Below are positions 39,338 through 53,470 of a stretch of DNA of 64,000 nt, one piece after another; positions within the stretch are counted from its first letter, which is position 1, and each line of letters opens with the position of its first letter. Source of the stretch: Octopus sinensis (lineage: Eukaryota); contig NC_043008.1 in assembly GCF_006345805.1 (NCBI RefSeq), positions 61,194,001 to 61,258,000 of the forward strand. The letters run 5' to 3'. Position numbers and translations under genes: made by a program. The notes below the pieces were generated by a model that did no database searches, was not told the DNA's origin, and saw nothing but the letters and a program-made list of their open reading frames with translations.

Positions 39338-39535
39338 CCAATGCATTAAATATGATTACCTGGAATTTCGCAATGGTGTAGTATTGATGAAAGAAACGTT
39401 TGAGAAATCTTTCTTTTTAATTAGTACCAACGAAAATTTGACCTCACTGGATCTGCTTACGTATCTGAATGCCGCAGGCGTAAATATGTTAATATATAGA
39501 AATGCGGGCTTATCAGTAATATGGAACATATTAAA
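39338..39535 (+). other. Candidate 198-nt symmetric (phase 2-2) exon
   Basis: TTTCTGTGGTAG|open frame QCIKYDYLEFRNG..WNIL|GTAAGC. Confidence 0.2.
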
Positions 39536-40699
39536 GTAAGCGTTTGGTTTTGGAAATAGTGCAAATAGTGTGATAGGAATGATTTTGATATTCACATTTT
39601 TGAGATAAGTGAGGAAAAATGAAACGGAATTTGTAACTATAAGAATTTTAAAAGTGGAATGCTTTTACTACATGTTTTCAAGAAAATCTTTTTATTAGCA
39701 TCGATTTTAATCTCTTGTGCGAAATATGTGTATTATTATCATTCTTATTCAGTAGCTCTATTTTTATTGTATATTCTCAATGCAGTACTGTGTGCAATGG
39801 GTATATGACATTTACGTTAATTTTCTCGCTTCTATTATATTGAGAGCAAGCAACACCATAAGTGTTTCGTGCGTATGTAATACTAGGGTTTTGTTTGTTT
39901 ATTTTCTGCTTTGTTAAACATTATAAGCGTATTTTCTTCATTGAGGCTTTTTCTGCGGTCCTTTCATTGTTGAGTCATATTATTCCACAATTTTGTATTT
40001 TGATATATTTTGCAGTAATTTTACACACACATAGATGCATACATACACACATACATACATACATTCATACATATCGATGCCTTTATTTATGGGGTATGTC
40101 ATTTCCCACAGTATTTTTCTGTTGGCTCATAATGTGATGTTTGTTGTATATATTACTTTTTCATTTTTGACTATATTGCATACTGCTGGCATAAAAAGCC
40201 CTCAAATCAATCATTCCTGAATATACATTCACCATCAACTAAGACTGTGTGACCTCGACAATTTATAGTTATATCATCTCCATAATATTTTACTCTATAG
40301 CTACTGCATTCTGACCTATTACTTACAATTAAGGATTTCTAAAAGGAACAAAATAAGCATGTACTGTCTTCAATAATCCTTCAAGTTCAGAATTCATTTC
40401 TACGCTTCTAAGATAATATTTTATTTGTCATGCAACCAAACCGGGTATTTGCGGCCGATATTTAGCATCGCATTCTCTTACAAAATTTTAGTTGAAGTTT
40501 TATTTATTCGTGTTAATGCTTTTCCTTTCTACAAAGAACTATCAATCAGATTCGAATTTGTTGAATCCCTGTTCACAGGAAAGAGTTATAACAGTTATTG
40601 AAAACACGTTTTATACCTATTTACAATATTTTCCTCTTATCTCACATTATGTAATTTTGGGACTCTGCAGTGATTTGTCTGTAAAAGTTTCCTATTGTC

Positions 40700-40990
40700 T
40701 AAGACCCTCATACGCTTAGATTTCCTGCAGAATAGTCTTAACTCTCTCGGGGAATGTGCTGATAGCAATATCGTTTTGATTTATAGTCAATTGCTTGCCA
40801 TCTGTTGTGAACACGATCAACGTTTTCCTCGTCGGTTCTGGACGTCAATATATTGGGTCGTCTTCAAAACTCTCCCTTCCCTCCTAAAATGTCCATAGTT
40901 GACAAAGCTGGTGCATCATTCCCTAATCAACGTGAGCACGAATGTCTTTGGAAGCTGAACCCTTTTTCTGCAAGCACTTGATAATATCTC
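40700..40990 (-). mobile_element. Mariner N-terminal fragment, same family as 43990-45182
   Basis: IIKCLQKKGSASKDIRAH..NDAPALST..TDEENVDRVH; DNA clearly homologous to 44700-44990. Confidence 0.85.
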
Positions 40991-41003
40991 TCTATCTAGA
41001 GAC

Positions 41004-41040
<37 letters not shown>

Positions 41041-41493
41041 TAGATAGATAGATACATATATGCATATATATATATATACATACATACATATATCTAGATA
41101 GATATGTGTGTCCCTTATGTCCTTTATATATATTTGTAGCTTACGATTATGTATATGTCTATGTATGAGGTGATATGCAATCATTATTGCTTCTCTTTGC
41201 GTGTATGTTTCCATAGAGCTATGGCTGATGAGTATCCATATGGATATGAGTATATGTGTTTGTTTTTGTGCATACGCATGCATAGAAATATATATGTGTT
41301 TACAAGTATCTGTCAGACATCTGTCTGTGCGTTGTACATAATATATTCATGGTCACTTATGAATTATTATTTACATTAATTCTGCCTTTCCGAATTCCTA
41401 TTAAAGTTCATGTTTGCAAATGATTTCATTCATTCATTCAGTGAGACACACATACTGAAACACACACAAACACACACAAACACACACACACAC

Positions 41494-41670
41494 GTACACA
41501 CAAGCAAGCAAACGCACAATCACACGTAAGCGTGCTTGGATATAAGCATGTACAGACAACTTTACACTTATGCATATTGGTACTCATTTATGCACAAAAG
41601 CGCTCGCATACAATAATATATAAACAAATATGTGCATACATACATGCATACATATATACACACACACACG

Positions 41671-41714
<44 letters not shown>

Positions 41715-41965
41715 TACATATATACATACATACATACATACACACACACATATATACACACACACACACACACAACACACACACACACGTACACACAAGC
41801 AAGCAAACGCACAATCACACGTAAGCGTGCTTGGATATAAGCATGTACAGACAACTTTACACTTATGCATATTGGTACTCATTTATGCACAAAAGCGCTC
41901 GCATACAATAATATATAAACAAATATGTGCATACATACATGCATACATATATACACACACACACG

Positions 41966-42013
<48 letters not shown>

Positions 42014-42076
42014 CATACATACATACATACACACACATATATACACACACAAACACACACACACACACACACACAC

Positions 42077-42085
<9 letters not shown>
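41494..42085. repeat. Tandem duplication of a 295-bp unit with (CA)n junctions
   Basis: GTACACACAAGCAAGCAAACG.. at 41494 and 41789; the non-microsatellite cores look identical. Confidence 0.9.
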
Positions 42086-42127
<42 letters not shown>

Positions 42128-42711
42128 ATGTATGCATGTATATATTCTCTGGAATCCTCACTCTTTCTTTCACTCAAATTTAATCTCTTATTTTCTCTTC
42201 TTGTATCTATTTAATTCCTATTAAAATTCATATTTGCAAATAGCAATTTCGTTCCAGACACACAAAATACGATCACATAAACAAATAAATAAATGTATAA
42301 CTCGAAACCTGTATGCGCAAATGCATATCGATAGTTTAATAAAACCATGTGCGCACATACTCATACACATATACACGTACCATTTAAAACACGCGAACCA
42401 GAGTCGAAGGGCAAACCCACATTGGCAGATGCACTACTTCCAGTTTTTTTCTTCTCAGTTTATATTACGCAAATAGACTCCTTTCCAATTTTCTCCTTCT
42501 TATCAGTTAATATGTCACACACAATTTCTATGTCCCTCTCGCACATACCTATTTAAATGTCCTTTATTCCAACTCTCTAGGGTACTCCTGGCTTTCATAT
42601 AGAATTTATCTGCCACGCTTGTTCTCTGTTTGAGTAGTTCTGACTCTTTCTCTGCAACAGAAATTTGGCTTGAGGTCATTTATTTCCCTACAAATTATGT
42701 ATCACATGTCT

Positions 42712-42947
42712 CCTTATTTCTTTACTGCCCACAAGAGGCTAAACACAGAGTGGGCATTCAAGGACAGACAAACGGATTAATTCGATTATATTGATCCCAG
42801 TGCGAAACTAGTAATTATTTAATCGACGCCGAAAGGATGAAAGGCAAAGTCGAACTTGGCGGAATTTGAACTCAGAACGTAACGGCAGACGAAATATCGC
42901 TAAGCATTTCGCACGGCATGCTAATGTTTCTGCCAGCTCGCCGCCTT
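42712..42947 (-). mobile_element. Full-length family-B SINE
   Basis: Homologous to 8205-8438; GTATCACAT on both flanks. Confidence 0.9.
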
Positions 42948-43989
42948 CGTATCACATATGTTTTCTCACTTCATCTCATGTTCACCTTATACTTACCTCT
43001 CATTTCCATCTGCTATATCTATATATTTTTCACTTTATATCTATGATAGTTGAAATATTTATAATAGGATTTCATATTCAAATACACATGAAAATATATC
43101 AGAAATATACACAAAAACCACAAGGACTTAAGAAAACTGCTAACTTTTGCAACTGTCTATTGCTATTGTCATGTATTATAAATGTGGCATTTAATATAGT
43201 CTCAATAATTCTCTCATGCATTCTGAATTCATTAATTACCTTACTAAATGCTTCGTACATACCCACACGATATTACATCAGAGCTTTTAAGATATAATCT
43301 GAGTTCCATGCACGTATGTGATCAGATTGAAGCAGCTGTTAAGAACATGTATTCACGGGGTGTCGCTTGGCTATTTCGAATTTGCAAGTTTATATGATTA
43401 CTGAAATTAAGAATGTGGAATTATTTCGTTTTATACATACATTTGAATAAATGTGAGGTTTACATATATATATATATAAGGCAATACAAAATGATGCGAA
43501 TTTTGAACTGTGCTAAGGAAATAATTTCTAAAATATAATCTCCGGAAATATTATATTAGTCCACCACAGCAATCTGACAATGCAAACACCGATTATCGTG
43601 ATAGAGAAGGACAGTCTGTACTCTGAATGTCTGAGTATGATTGATGTTGGAATTTACTGGTGAAACTGATTCGTTGCTGTAAACACTAAAAACGAGGAAA
43701 CACTAGAAACGTCAATGCGACCATCGGACACTGCACATCTTCCGTTCAAGCACTATTGTAAACAGTGGGAGGGTGGTGGAATGCTAAACCTTAATTCGCA
43801 TGCACAACAGTCTTTACTCTGCGTGCTTTAGTTTCGTTACTATGACAAATGTTCGAATACTTATTGATCAGACGTCGTACACATAACGATTTCTATAGGA
43901 ATATAGACAGGTAAATATTCCTAAACATATACTCATGTTTATTCACATTGAGAAAGATAACCACGCAAATTTTGGAAGAATAACGCTTA

Positions 43990-45182
43990 CGAGGCTCGGT
44001 TGAAAGCTTCAAAGGCTGATCCCGATGGTCTCAACATAGCTCACCTTCTGGTCTACATAGTTCTTCCATTGGTGGAGCTTTTATCATGTTGGTAACAAAA
44101 CAAATCAATCGCCACCAGATACTACAACAGTCTCACTGCGACACTGGTTCACAGCTAAGTTTTGATTCCTATTGGGGAACACATGCTAATCAGATTGAGA
44201 ATAAGGAGGGTAGTCAACCAGTTTAGAGCCAGTTACGCACAGTAGCCATTGAAACCTAGAAGTTTTGTACCGGACCGTTGTTCTGAGGAAATGAAAAAGC
44301 TTTCACCAACTTTCTCGCGCGTTTGGTTTTGATAGCCTTTCGTAATTGCTCTAGCAACTAGTTACATTGCTCTCCATTGGTGGTGTGACGCTTTTGAACA
44401 TAGTTAATAAACATAATACCTTTTGCATCCCAGAAAACTGAAGCTATCTTCTTCCTAGCAGATGAAGCGGCATTGACCTTCTTTGGAGCAAGTGAGGAGG
44501 TATTGTTTCCACTACACGTATTGTTTCCCTGTCTCTGGGTCAATGTTATGAACCAAACACACGTCTTGTGTTTAGAAACTTTTAAAGATACAATCAGGGT
44601 CTGCCTCAAGCAACGTCAGATTTCCTACATGGGATCAATTCATCACCCTGATGCGCGTTTAATGAGGTGTTAGAAGATGTTTAACCCACCGATCAGAAGA
44701 GTTTCTTACGCCTATTTCATTCTGCAGAATAGTCTTAAATCTCTCACGGGATATGCTGATAGCATTATCTGTTTGATTTATAGTCAATTGCTTGCCATCT
44801 GTCACCATGTTGTGAACGCAATCAACGTTTTCCTCGTCGGTGCTGGAGGTTCATACATTGGGCCGCCTTCAAGACTCTCAGATCCTTCCTAAAATTTGCA
44901 CAGTTGACAAATATGGAGCGTCATTCCCTTATGTAGCAACCATGTGCGCACGAATGTCGGAAGCTGAACCCTTTTTCTTCAAACGCTTGAAAATACAGTT
45001 TCAAGACAGGTCGCTACTAGTTATTCTTGAAGACCTCTTTGCACAATCAGATGACATTTTACTTGAAACGAAACAATGTAGGGCTGAAAAATAAGAAGGG
45101 CTGAAAACAGATTCATCGAAGATTTCACAGCTATAGGATCCATTCTTCAATGTTAGTGTATGAAATTTTCAGCCCAACCTCG
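43990..45182 (-). mobile_element. Near full-length degenerate mariner transposon (pseudogenised transposase)
   Basis: TIRs CGAGGCTCGGTTGAAAGCTTCA (43990) and inverted CGAGGTTGGGCTGAAAATTTCA (45182). RWVKHLLTP; ASVFWDAKGIMFINY; QNNGPV; DYPPYS motifs. Confidence 0.9.
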
Positions 45183-46279
45183 CATATATATTTAAGATTT
45201 GACATGCATCGAAAATGACCCAAGGTGCAAGAGGTCTATACATAAACCTCTTCAAAATAATTCCTATCCGATATTTCATTTCAAACATATTGTGAATTGT
45301 CATTCGTTCTAGAAGATTCGGTTCACTATTAATATTGGAGAAATACATGAAAATTGCAAATTTGAAATATATCGATATTTAAAAAAAAAGCGTAGGCATA
45401 AGCGTACTTCTGTTTGTGTATATGTTGATATATGCAAGCACACACATACGCAAACGCGCACACAAACACAGGGACATATGCGCGCAAACACACACACAAA
45501 CACACGTATTTTGTGTGGGATTCTTGTCTATGCATATTTATGGCTTTGTTACTGATTCACTTCATTTAAAATGATATCAATATAGCACACTTATATAGCA
45601 TATTTATGTTATTTGATGATAATATATGTTCTGCAAAAACTAATGTGATATCATATACTCAGTAGAAAGGAATAAAGTTAACTATAGATAAAGAATGCCC
45701 GGAGTCCCAGAACAGATGTCAGCAATATATAACACAAATGTTTTATTTTTCAATTAATGTTTTGCAACATTGCACTTTATGAATATGAGTTTTCTCCTTA
45801 ATATAAGTCATCAATTTAACAATATCGTTTACTTTGGAGAAAATGTCCCTTTGTTTCTGTCAGTCAGATGACAGCGTGTTCCCAAAGTAATATAGCAATT
45901 TGAAAACACATGTAGAATTGATGTAGTAAAATATTAGAATGCCATTAATTCATTTATAAAATAATGTATAATGGTTACAGAAGCTAGTTGAATTTTCAAA
46001 CACTTCTTCCTTAGAACAATAGCTGTTGAAGCATTCGAAAAAGAAAAAAATCTTGCATTATGAAGTTTGTAACAAGCGCAATATACATGAGGCGAAACAA
46101 CGTACACGGATTTTGATTTAAATATTAAATAATGGTCTAGATAACTTTATTTTAGTCACGGATTATTAAAAAAAGCACTTAGAATCTATTTGGATTCTAA
46201 ACATTTCCGCTCGCACAAATAATTATTGGATAATTACATAACACACGCACGCATATATATGTATGTATTGGTGTCTATA

Positions 46280-46440
46280 GGCGCAGGTGGGATTGTGTGG
46301 TAAGCAGCTTGCTTACAAACAACAAGGTCCTGGGTTCAGTCCCCCTGCTAGATACCTTGCGCAAGTGTCTTTTACTATAGCCTCCGTCTGACCAGGTCCT
46401 TGTGATAGGATTTGATACACGGAAACTGATGCCATGGGAC
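46280..46440 (+). mobile_element. tRNA-derived SINE (family C)
   Basis: GGCGCAGG..TGTGTGGTAAG..GGGTTCAGTCCC head; ACCTTGcGCAAGTGTCTT central block. Confidence 0.75.
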
Positions 46441-46483
46441 CAAGTGCGTGATATTACAACACATTTTTATTATCATTATCATT

Positions 46484-47113
46484 AAGGCGGCGAGGTGGCA
46501 GTATCGATAGTTCACCGAGGGAAAAGCTTAGCGTTATTTCGTCTTTTGCTACGTTCTAAGTTCAAATTCCGCTGAGGTTGACTTTGCTTTTCATCCTTTC
46601 GAGGTCTATAAATTAAGTACCAGTGAAACAATGGGGTTGAAGTTATCGACTTATCCCCTCCCCCTAGAAAAGTGTTACCCTTGCGGGAAAATTTGAAACC
46701 ATTATCATTATCAAGGCGATGAGGCGGCAGAATCGCTAGCAAGCGGTGAAAAAAGGCTTAGCGGCATCGCGCTCGTCTTTAACTTCTAGGTTCAAATTCC
46801 ACCGAGGACGACGTTGATTTTCATTACTTTGGGGTCGATAAATTAAATACCATTGAAAAACTAGTGTCTATATTATTGACTAGTCCTCTCCCCCAAAATT
46901 TCAGGCTTTGCGCCTTTAGTGTAAAGGATTATTATTAGTCGTTCAGCGGCATTTCGTCTGTCTGTACGATCTGAGTTCAAATTCTGCCGATGTCGACTTT
47001 GCCTTTCATAATTTCGGGGACGATAAATGAAGTACCAGTTGAGTACTGCGGTTGATGTAATCGACTAGCCTCCTCCCCTACAATTTCAGGCCTTCTGTAT
47101 ATAGTAGAAAGAT
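46484..47113 (+). mobile_element. Three head-to-tail family-B SINEs separated by (ATT)n-like tails
   Basis: Heads at 46484 and 46713; truncated third unit from about 46942; mutually diverged. Confidence 0.85.
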
Positions 47114-48177
47114 TACCAATCATAATAATTATAACAAAAATAATAATAATAGTAATAATAATAATAATAATTGTCAACAAAATCGCTGCCCTTCTGGTAA
47201 AATTTGAAACTATTGTTATTGTTATTACTTGTAGTAGTATTAGTAGTAGTAGTAGTAGTAGTATTTTTCTTGTGGGTTGATACTTAAGATGGCAAATATA
47301 TAACTATAACAATGTCAATAATGACAGAAAAAGAATAACACATATAACGACAATAATAATTGCCAGAAGAATTGCGAGTGTTTCTGATTTAATTTAATTA
47401 TTATAATGATACATTTTAATTATCTTTTATAAAACTTGCTTTTAAATTTATACGATATTTTTTTCTGGAAATGTTAAATGCTAAAAGATATATTTTCATG
47501 AACAGTGTAAGCGTAACCTTCAGTTTGAAAATGTAGCACTTTTAGGAATCTTTAAAAATGATTTAATTAATCAATTTCAGTACGAAAGGACTTTGCTTAT
47601 AGCAAGATGAAAATTTAAAACGTAATTTGCCAAAAATCTATCCCCTATAGTACCCATACAGCTCTCCCTCTCTTTCATCCTTCTTCTCTTCTGTCTACTG
47701 CCAACACTTGACGCGTAACTAATTTTCTCATCTCTCAGCTTTTTCGACACCGGATACTTGATTTCCCGGTCAATTTTCTTCCTCTCTTGCTATTTCTCTT
47801 TCTATATCTGTTCAAGGTTTCTTCAAGGCGTTATTCGTCACCGGCGTGTTTGGCCAAGGAGCCGTTTTTATTCTATCTTCGTCTATCGTTTCACATTACA
47901 TTTGTTTACTTAAGTCCGTCCATCCTGTACTGTATTGTTTATTCGAGCCCTCATACTCTGGAAAATATTGCAGGTGCCCTCGATATACAAAGTTCCCAAT
48001 TTTATCGTTAAAGGCCCGAAACTAAGTATTAATATTTTGGTCGGTAACTGACGAAGAGTTAGGGACCTTCTGTGTCTGTCCTACGGTTTGTTGTATGTAA
48101 TGCTTTTTTGATTTATTGAGTAACTGAATACCACGCATTCCGACTTTTGTTAACAGTAAGTTTATATATATATATAT

Positions 48178-48310
48178 AAATTATAATTTAGGGTATCTAA
48201 TGATACCCACGCTGGAAATAGCAGCCACAACTTGACTCCAAAACCAGAGTAAAGTTTTGACTGCTATTTCCAAAATGAAGGTATCTCTTAGATACCCTAA
48301 ATTATAATTT
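48178..48310. mobile_element. 133-bp hairpin, MITE-like
   Basis: AAATTATAATTTAGGGTATCTAA..GATACC and TGGAAATAGCAG..AACTT both have inverted partners on the right. Confidence 0.75.
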
Positions 48311-48651
48311 TAATAATTATTATTACGTTTGAAGGTTTTTATACCCATGCTGGCCACTTGATAAGATCGATAATTAAATTAACGATATCATTCTTATATA
48401 TATATATAATATCTTTCACAGTTCCTTCAGAATACATCTATTGAGCAAAATATACAGTTTTAAGAATTGATTTATAGCAACACGATTTATTTTGAAGCAC
48501 TACATGTTCTTCATTCTATTTCAAATAATTTAGTTAATAATTTTAAAATTCCAGCTGTCAGTTTTAGAATTGTGGCTATGACGTTAAAATGTCGGCAGTC
48601 TCAGATCTTTTGCATTAAAGCGTCTATATAATATATATGAGTGTCTATGTG

Positions 48652-48714
<63 letters not shown>

Positions 48715-49583
48715 CATAATTGTATACATACATAAAACACACATATCCATAGGTATTCATGTATATAGTGGAGAAATTGATCTGTATCCAGGCAATCTGC
48801 TGAGCTAGAGTCCTATATCTGCATTTACTCGTTAAATGTGGAATGGTGCTATGCAATTTATAGCATAAACATTAGTGCAGGCATGTAAAGTAAATTATTA
48901 TACACTAAAATATATTACTGCAAAATATCAGTCATCATATGGATATCAATTGGTGAAAGAAACATATTTATCTCATACCTCCTGACTTTCTGCACATTCT
49001 ATTTGTGTATATATATATATATATATATATATTGATGATATTGCTTAATTTTAGTACAAACTATTGAAATATATTTGTTGTACTAAGAGCTTCATGTACT
49101 GATATGTCAACAGTTTGTATCGATTTTGAAAGCAATCAATCAACCAATCATTAGATATACACTTTTATAGATATTATCTCGTTAGCATTGCCAGTATGTT
49201 TTCATAGGAAGCATTCCTCCCCTTCTTCTTCTTCTTCTTCGTCTTCTTCTTCGTCTTCTTCTTCTTCTTCTTCTTCTTATCATTATTATTACTATTACTG
49301 TTTTGCGTTCACAATAGTAAAGCAGTCATTAGCGACCTCATGAGCCAACACAAAATAAGCTGGTGACAGAATAAGCGAAAACAGGCAAACGAAACAGATT
49401 TGGAATGAAAATAATATCTTGTACTTTCTACTTCATAACTACATGTTCCTACTACATGTTCATAACTACATGTTCCTTTTTATAGAGCTATGTATACAAG
49501 AGTCACGAAGGGGAATTGTAAAACATTCGTCGCATGATCTTGTCTCCCCTATCAAACATTTACTCATGTATACATACATACAT

Positions 49584-49655
<72 letters not shown>

Positions 49656-50354
49656 AAATAGATGTGTATATTTACGTTGCTTCGTGCAACCCTTTCAATA
49701 GATGTTTTGACTCTGTCCGTTACCGGAGCTGCATTCTACTTTTTGTTTGTTTATGAGCATGTGTGTGTTAGCGTGCATGTGTGTATGTATGTATAAATGT
49801 ATATATATATATATGTGCGTGTATTCATATACATATGTATACATGTGTGTACGTTTGTATGTATGTATATTGCATATTTATGTGTTTGTTTATGGATGTT
49901 ATTGTGTTTGGTTGTATGTTTGTGTTTGTGTGTATTTGTGTGTACCACCGCCTCCTTCTGTGTGCTTATTTGATTCTGTCTATGTGTAAGGGTTTGTGTG
50001 ACTATGTCCTTGCGTCTGTTATGTATGGATGTGTTTCCTTGGGCGTCTTTGTGTGTGTGTGTGGAGTGTGCCTGTGTGTATATGGTCATGTGTTTCCGTC
50101 TACTTTTGTGTATGAGTGTGTGTACTTGTATGTCCGTATTAGCTCTGCACCTGTTTATTTACTTACGTATCTGTTCACCTAAATGTCTGTTTAGCTACTG
50201 ATATATATATATATATATTCGCTTACATAACAGTCTACTATCAAATCTACTGGTGTATATATATACTATAGTTATAGGTGTATCACTATCTTACATACCA
50301 TGTAGTTCATATTGATGCATGTGATATTCTCGAAAGGGTAAGTCCTATATAATT

Positions 50355-51255
50355 ATGATCTGATGGAGCTCCCTTGCTTCTCAACGATCTTAATGTTGAG
50401 TTTGGGATCCTTCAGAGCTTTCCTAAATGTACGAGCAAGTTTCCTATCGGCTGTGGCCCCTACAAACATCACACGTTGATATTTCTCAGCTTATACCATA
50501 TATTCACCATCTTTTCATTGTCACAAACTCTCAGTATCCTATTACAGTCTTTACCTCTGTATCTAGGGTAGCTACCACTAGTTTCATTACATACAACGCT
50601 AACTTCTTCCTAGTTCCCCTGTATATCCGAATCTTACCTTTATGTTCATATCCAGAGAATTGCATGCGGTTCATGAAGTTTCGTTTGGTAGGGTTCGCCT
50701 AGTGGCGAAACATTTTTTTTTATTATCCTAAGTCTGCTATCAGTATGTCGATTCATGTTTTGTGACAAATCTGAGTTCTTCTGAACAACATATTTAGAAG
50801 CTATGTAATAAGAACGCAGAAGCTGTAATCTGTTGTACACTGTTTCTAATCAGAGTTCAGTATCAAGGACAGAGAGTCTATTGTTAGGGTGCCTAGTGGG
50901 GGCAATGTATAGTTACCTTGATACTTTGGTGAATGCAGTTAGCTACGTGGTGGTTGCTTTCCATTATGCGCCTCTCGGTTTCTGCATTACAGTTACTACA
51001 GATTGTCCTATCTAAAGTATTGCTCTCATTTCCATACCTACAGTAAAGCAAAACAGTTGTGGATTGATCAGCTAAAAATTGTTTAAGTTTTCTGTCCTTC
51101 CAGGGGCCTTTCACATTTCTAGCCCCACCAACAACAATGGCTGCACCTTGAACCAGCACGTATAGTTTCCTATTAAATTGTCCTATGTTTAAGGATAACA
51201 AGCAGCGTTTAAGCAGAAGCCAAAAGTTAAGATAGTTAGAATATATTTGTGACAT
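50355..51255 (-). mobile_element. Degraded Penelope-like element from a second lineage (RT C-terminal and linker region)
   Basis: ERRIME..VANCIHQSIKVTIHCP..NNRLSVLDTEL*; RLRIIKKNVSP; NFMNRMQFSGY; YPRYRGK..WYK; RVMFVGATADRKLARTFRKALKDPKLNIKIVEKQGSSI. Confidence 0.65.
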
Positions 51256-51284
51256 ATTTCAACAGCTTCATGTAAAATTTAGTA

Positions 51285-51554
51285 CAGTTACCGTAGAGAA
51301 ATTATCTCTCTTATGGTAAAACGGTTTGAAAATACCCGGTTTTTTCATTGTCGCAATCTATCAGAAATCCCAGTCACTGATGTTTCAATTTTTTTCTAGA
51401 CTTCTTTTGAGTTGTCTTCTTTCTTCGAGGTTTTTCAAGTATCGAGTTTTATGTTTCCAAAAAACTCTAAATATCGATGTCTGGGATTCATAGCAGATGG
51501 TGACACTGAACAAACTTTTTTACGATAAGAGAGATAATTTCTCCCCCGTAAGTG
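51285..51554. mobile_element. MITE-like element with about 37-bp TIRs
   Basis: CAGTTACCGTAGAGAAATTATCTCTCTTATGGTAAAA versus the reverse complement of the right end, CACTTACGGGGGAGAAATTATCTCTCTTATCGTAAAA. Confidence 0.7.
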
Positions 51555-52249
51555 CGTGCAACGTATTTGCCTTTTAGCAGTTGAAATACATATACATGTA
51601 TGTTTCGTAAATCAGCAAACCTACCGAATAATCTAATAAGCATAATTTAAATTTTATCGGGTTGTGAATGCGACACAATAATTCCCGGCGTGAAAGGAAG
51701 CCCGAAGATGCGTCATGTGAATCAACGTCATTCACAGCATAATATATGTATTTCCACACGTGCCAAAAAAGAGAATTATCTCCCGGGAATATTTAGAGTG
51801 TAGATATATTCAATCCTTGGAGTTCACAGAAACGTGATTAAAATGGTTTTTCACACATATTTTATTCCAGAATATTTCGTGAGAAATTGCGAAATTGCCT
51901 TTGTTAATTTTTGCTCAACAAAACTTTACTCAGTACAGGAAAAGTAGCGTATGTCATTCTTATAAAAGTGAATTCATTTTTGTTGGGTTGTGAATGGCAG
52001 ATTTACTGTTTGTGGTTGACAAATTGGAAGAATGTGAAAACGTGATTTAAGATCACATGATTCATATGATTTTCATATAGAGTCTTTTATAAAATCTACA
52101 TACACTACACAACAGCATTGCACTTCACTGTACTCGTTAGTACATCATAAACTCACACAGCATCCGCGCATATATCACACAAGTATAAATTCATCCATTC
52201 CTACCGTACACTAATATACACTCTCACACAATATTGCACACCACTTAAA

Positions 52250-52375
52250 ATTCCGACTTTACCTTTCATCCTTTCGCGGGAAATAAATTAAGTACCAGTT
52301 GCGTACTGGTGTCCATCTAATCGACTAGCACCCTGCCCAAAAATTTCGGGCCTTGTGCCTAGAGTAGAAAAGAAT
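52250..52375 (+). mobile_element. Family-B SINE 3' fragment
   Basis: CCTTTCATCCTTTCG..ATAAATTAAGTACCAGTTGCGTACTGG..CCTTGTGCCTAGAGTAGAAAAG. Confidence 0.8.
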
Positions 52376-53314
52376 ATTACACATACCACAGAACAATAAT
52401 AATTTACAACACTAATTAACATGCGATAGATGTATTACGCTCCGCATAGACATGGCAACCCCGCACTAATTACCAGCCTTAATTACCACTTTTTCCTAAA
52501 GTAACACCTTCCACTACTTATCCAATCATATTTCAGTTTTATAAAATATTAACATCTACAGTTTTCGCTTTTGTCTCTGCTGAATCACTTCGATTCTTTT
52601 CTTTTCTCCAGCGATGATGCATCATAATATGACGTGTAATTTCTTCGTTCTAGACTGAAATCAACTACCAACTCTTTTTTATTAGCCTTCCCTATGCTGT
52701 GCATTGTACGTACATGTACATATATTTCCGCACAAATATACATATATTCATGCACACATAGATATATATGCGAGCTTATACATTGATGCAACTGTGTGTT
52801 TCTGGTATCATTACGATTACCCTTTTTGAAATAAAGTGACACAAATATTCTGAACAAGATATAGAGGTAATGCAGATAGTTAGGAGACTGAGTGGTGAAG
52901 AGAAAGATACAATGAGAGTGAGAGCAAAGGAGAGAGACATAAAAGCACAGAAGAATAGAGATATGGACAGAGATGACGAGATAGCCGTTTGTGAAGCTAC
53001 AATGCAGATCTTGTAAAATCTATTAGAAATAAGCAACACGAATTTCAATGAGTCGTGTAAATTCCATAGACTTGTTCAAATAAAGTACACAACACAGGCC
53101 TTTCACTTCAATGTGATACTGTGTAAACAGCATTCTCGATGTCACGGACAAGTATCTCTTGGGGTATCTTGTTGCCATACCGCCTAATTGCATTTACTCT
53201 GCCTGTCTGTCTCTTTGCTTTGACGTAGTGTAATCGTATTGACCGTCATTCGCTAAAGTGCATAACTGGGATGTAAATTATGCAGAGTTGAAATATATTG
53301 TTAACGACTAAGGA

Positions 53315-53470
53315 TGGCGATGTACTGGCGGAATAGTTAACAAACGGGGTAAAATATTTAGTGATATTTCGTCCATCTTTACATTCGGACTTCAAATTTT
53401 GCCGAGGTCGACTTTGCCTTTGACATTTCGGCGTCGATAAAATAACTACCAGTTGAGCACTGGGTTAGAT
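53315..53470 (+). mobile_element. Degenerate family-B SINE
   Basis: TGGCGGAATAGTTA..TTCAAATTTTGCCGAGGTCGACTTTGCCTTT..ACCAGTTGAGCACTGG. Confidence 0.75.

Noticed and set aside
47810-48070. Open frame GFFKALFVTG.. and a type II hammerhead-like GAAAC..GTC..CTGACGA
   Set aside because: The frame has no recognisable homology; stem I would be only 5 nt and stem II does not follow the core; probably a dispersed repeat
52840-53015. Charged open frame HKYSEQDIEV..
   Set aside because: GA-rich low-complexity sequence with no start or splice support
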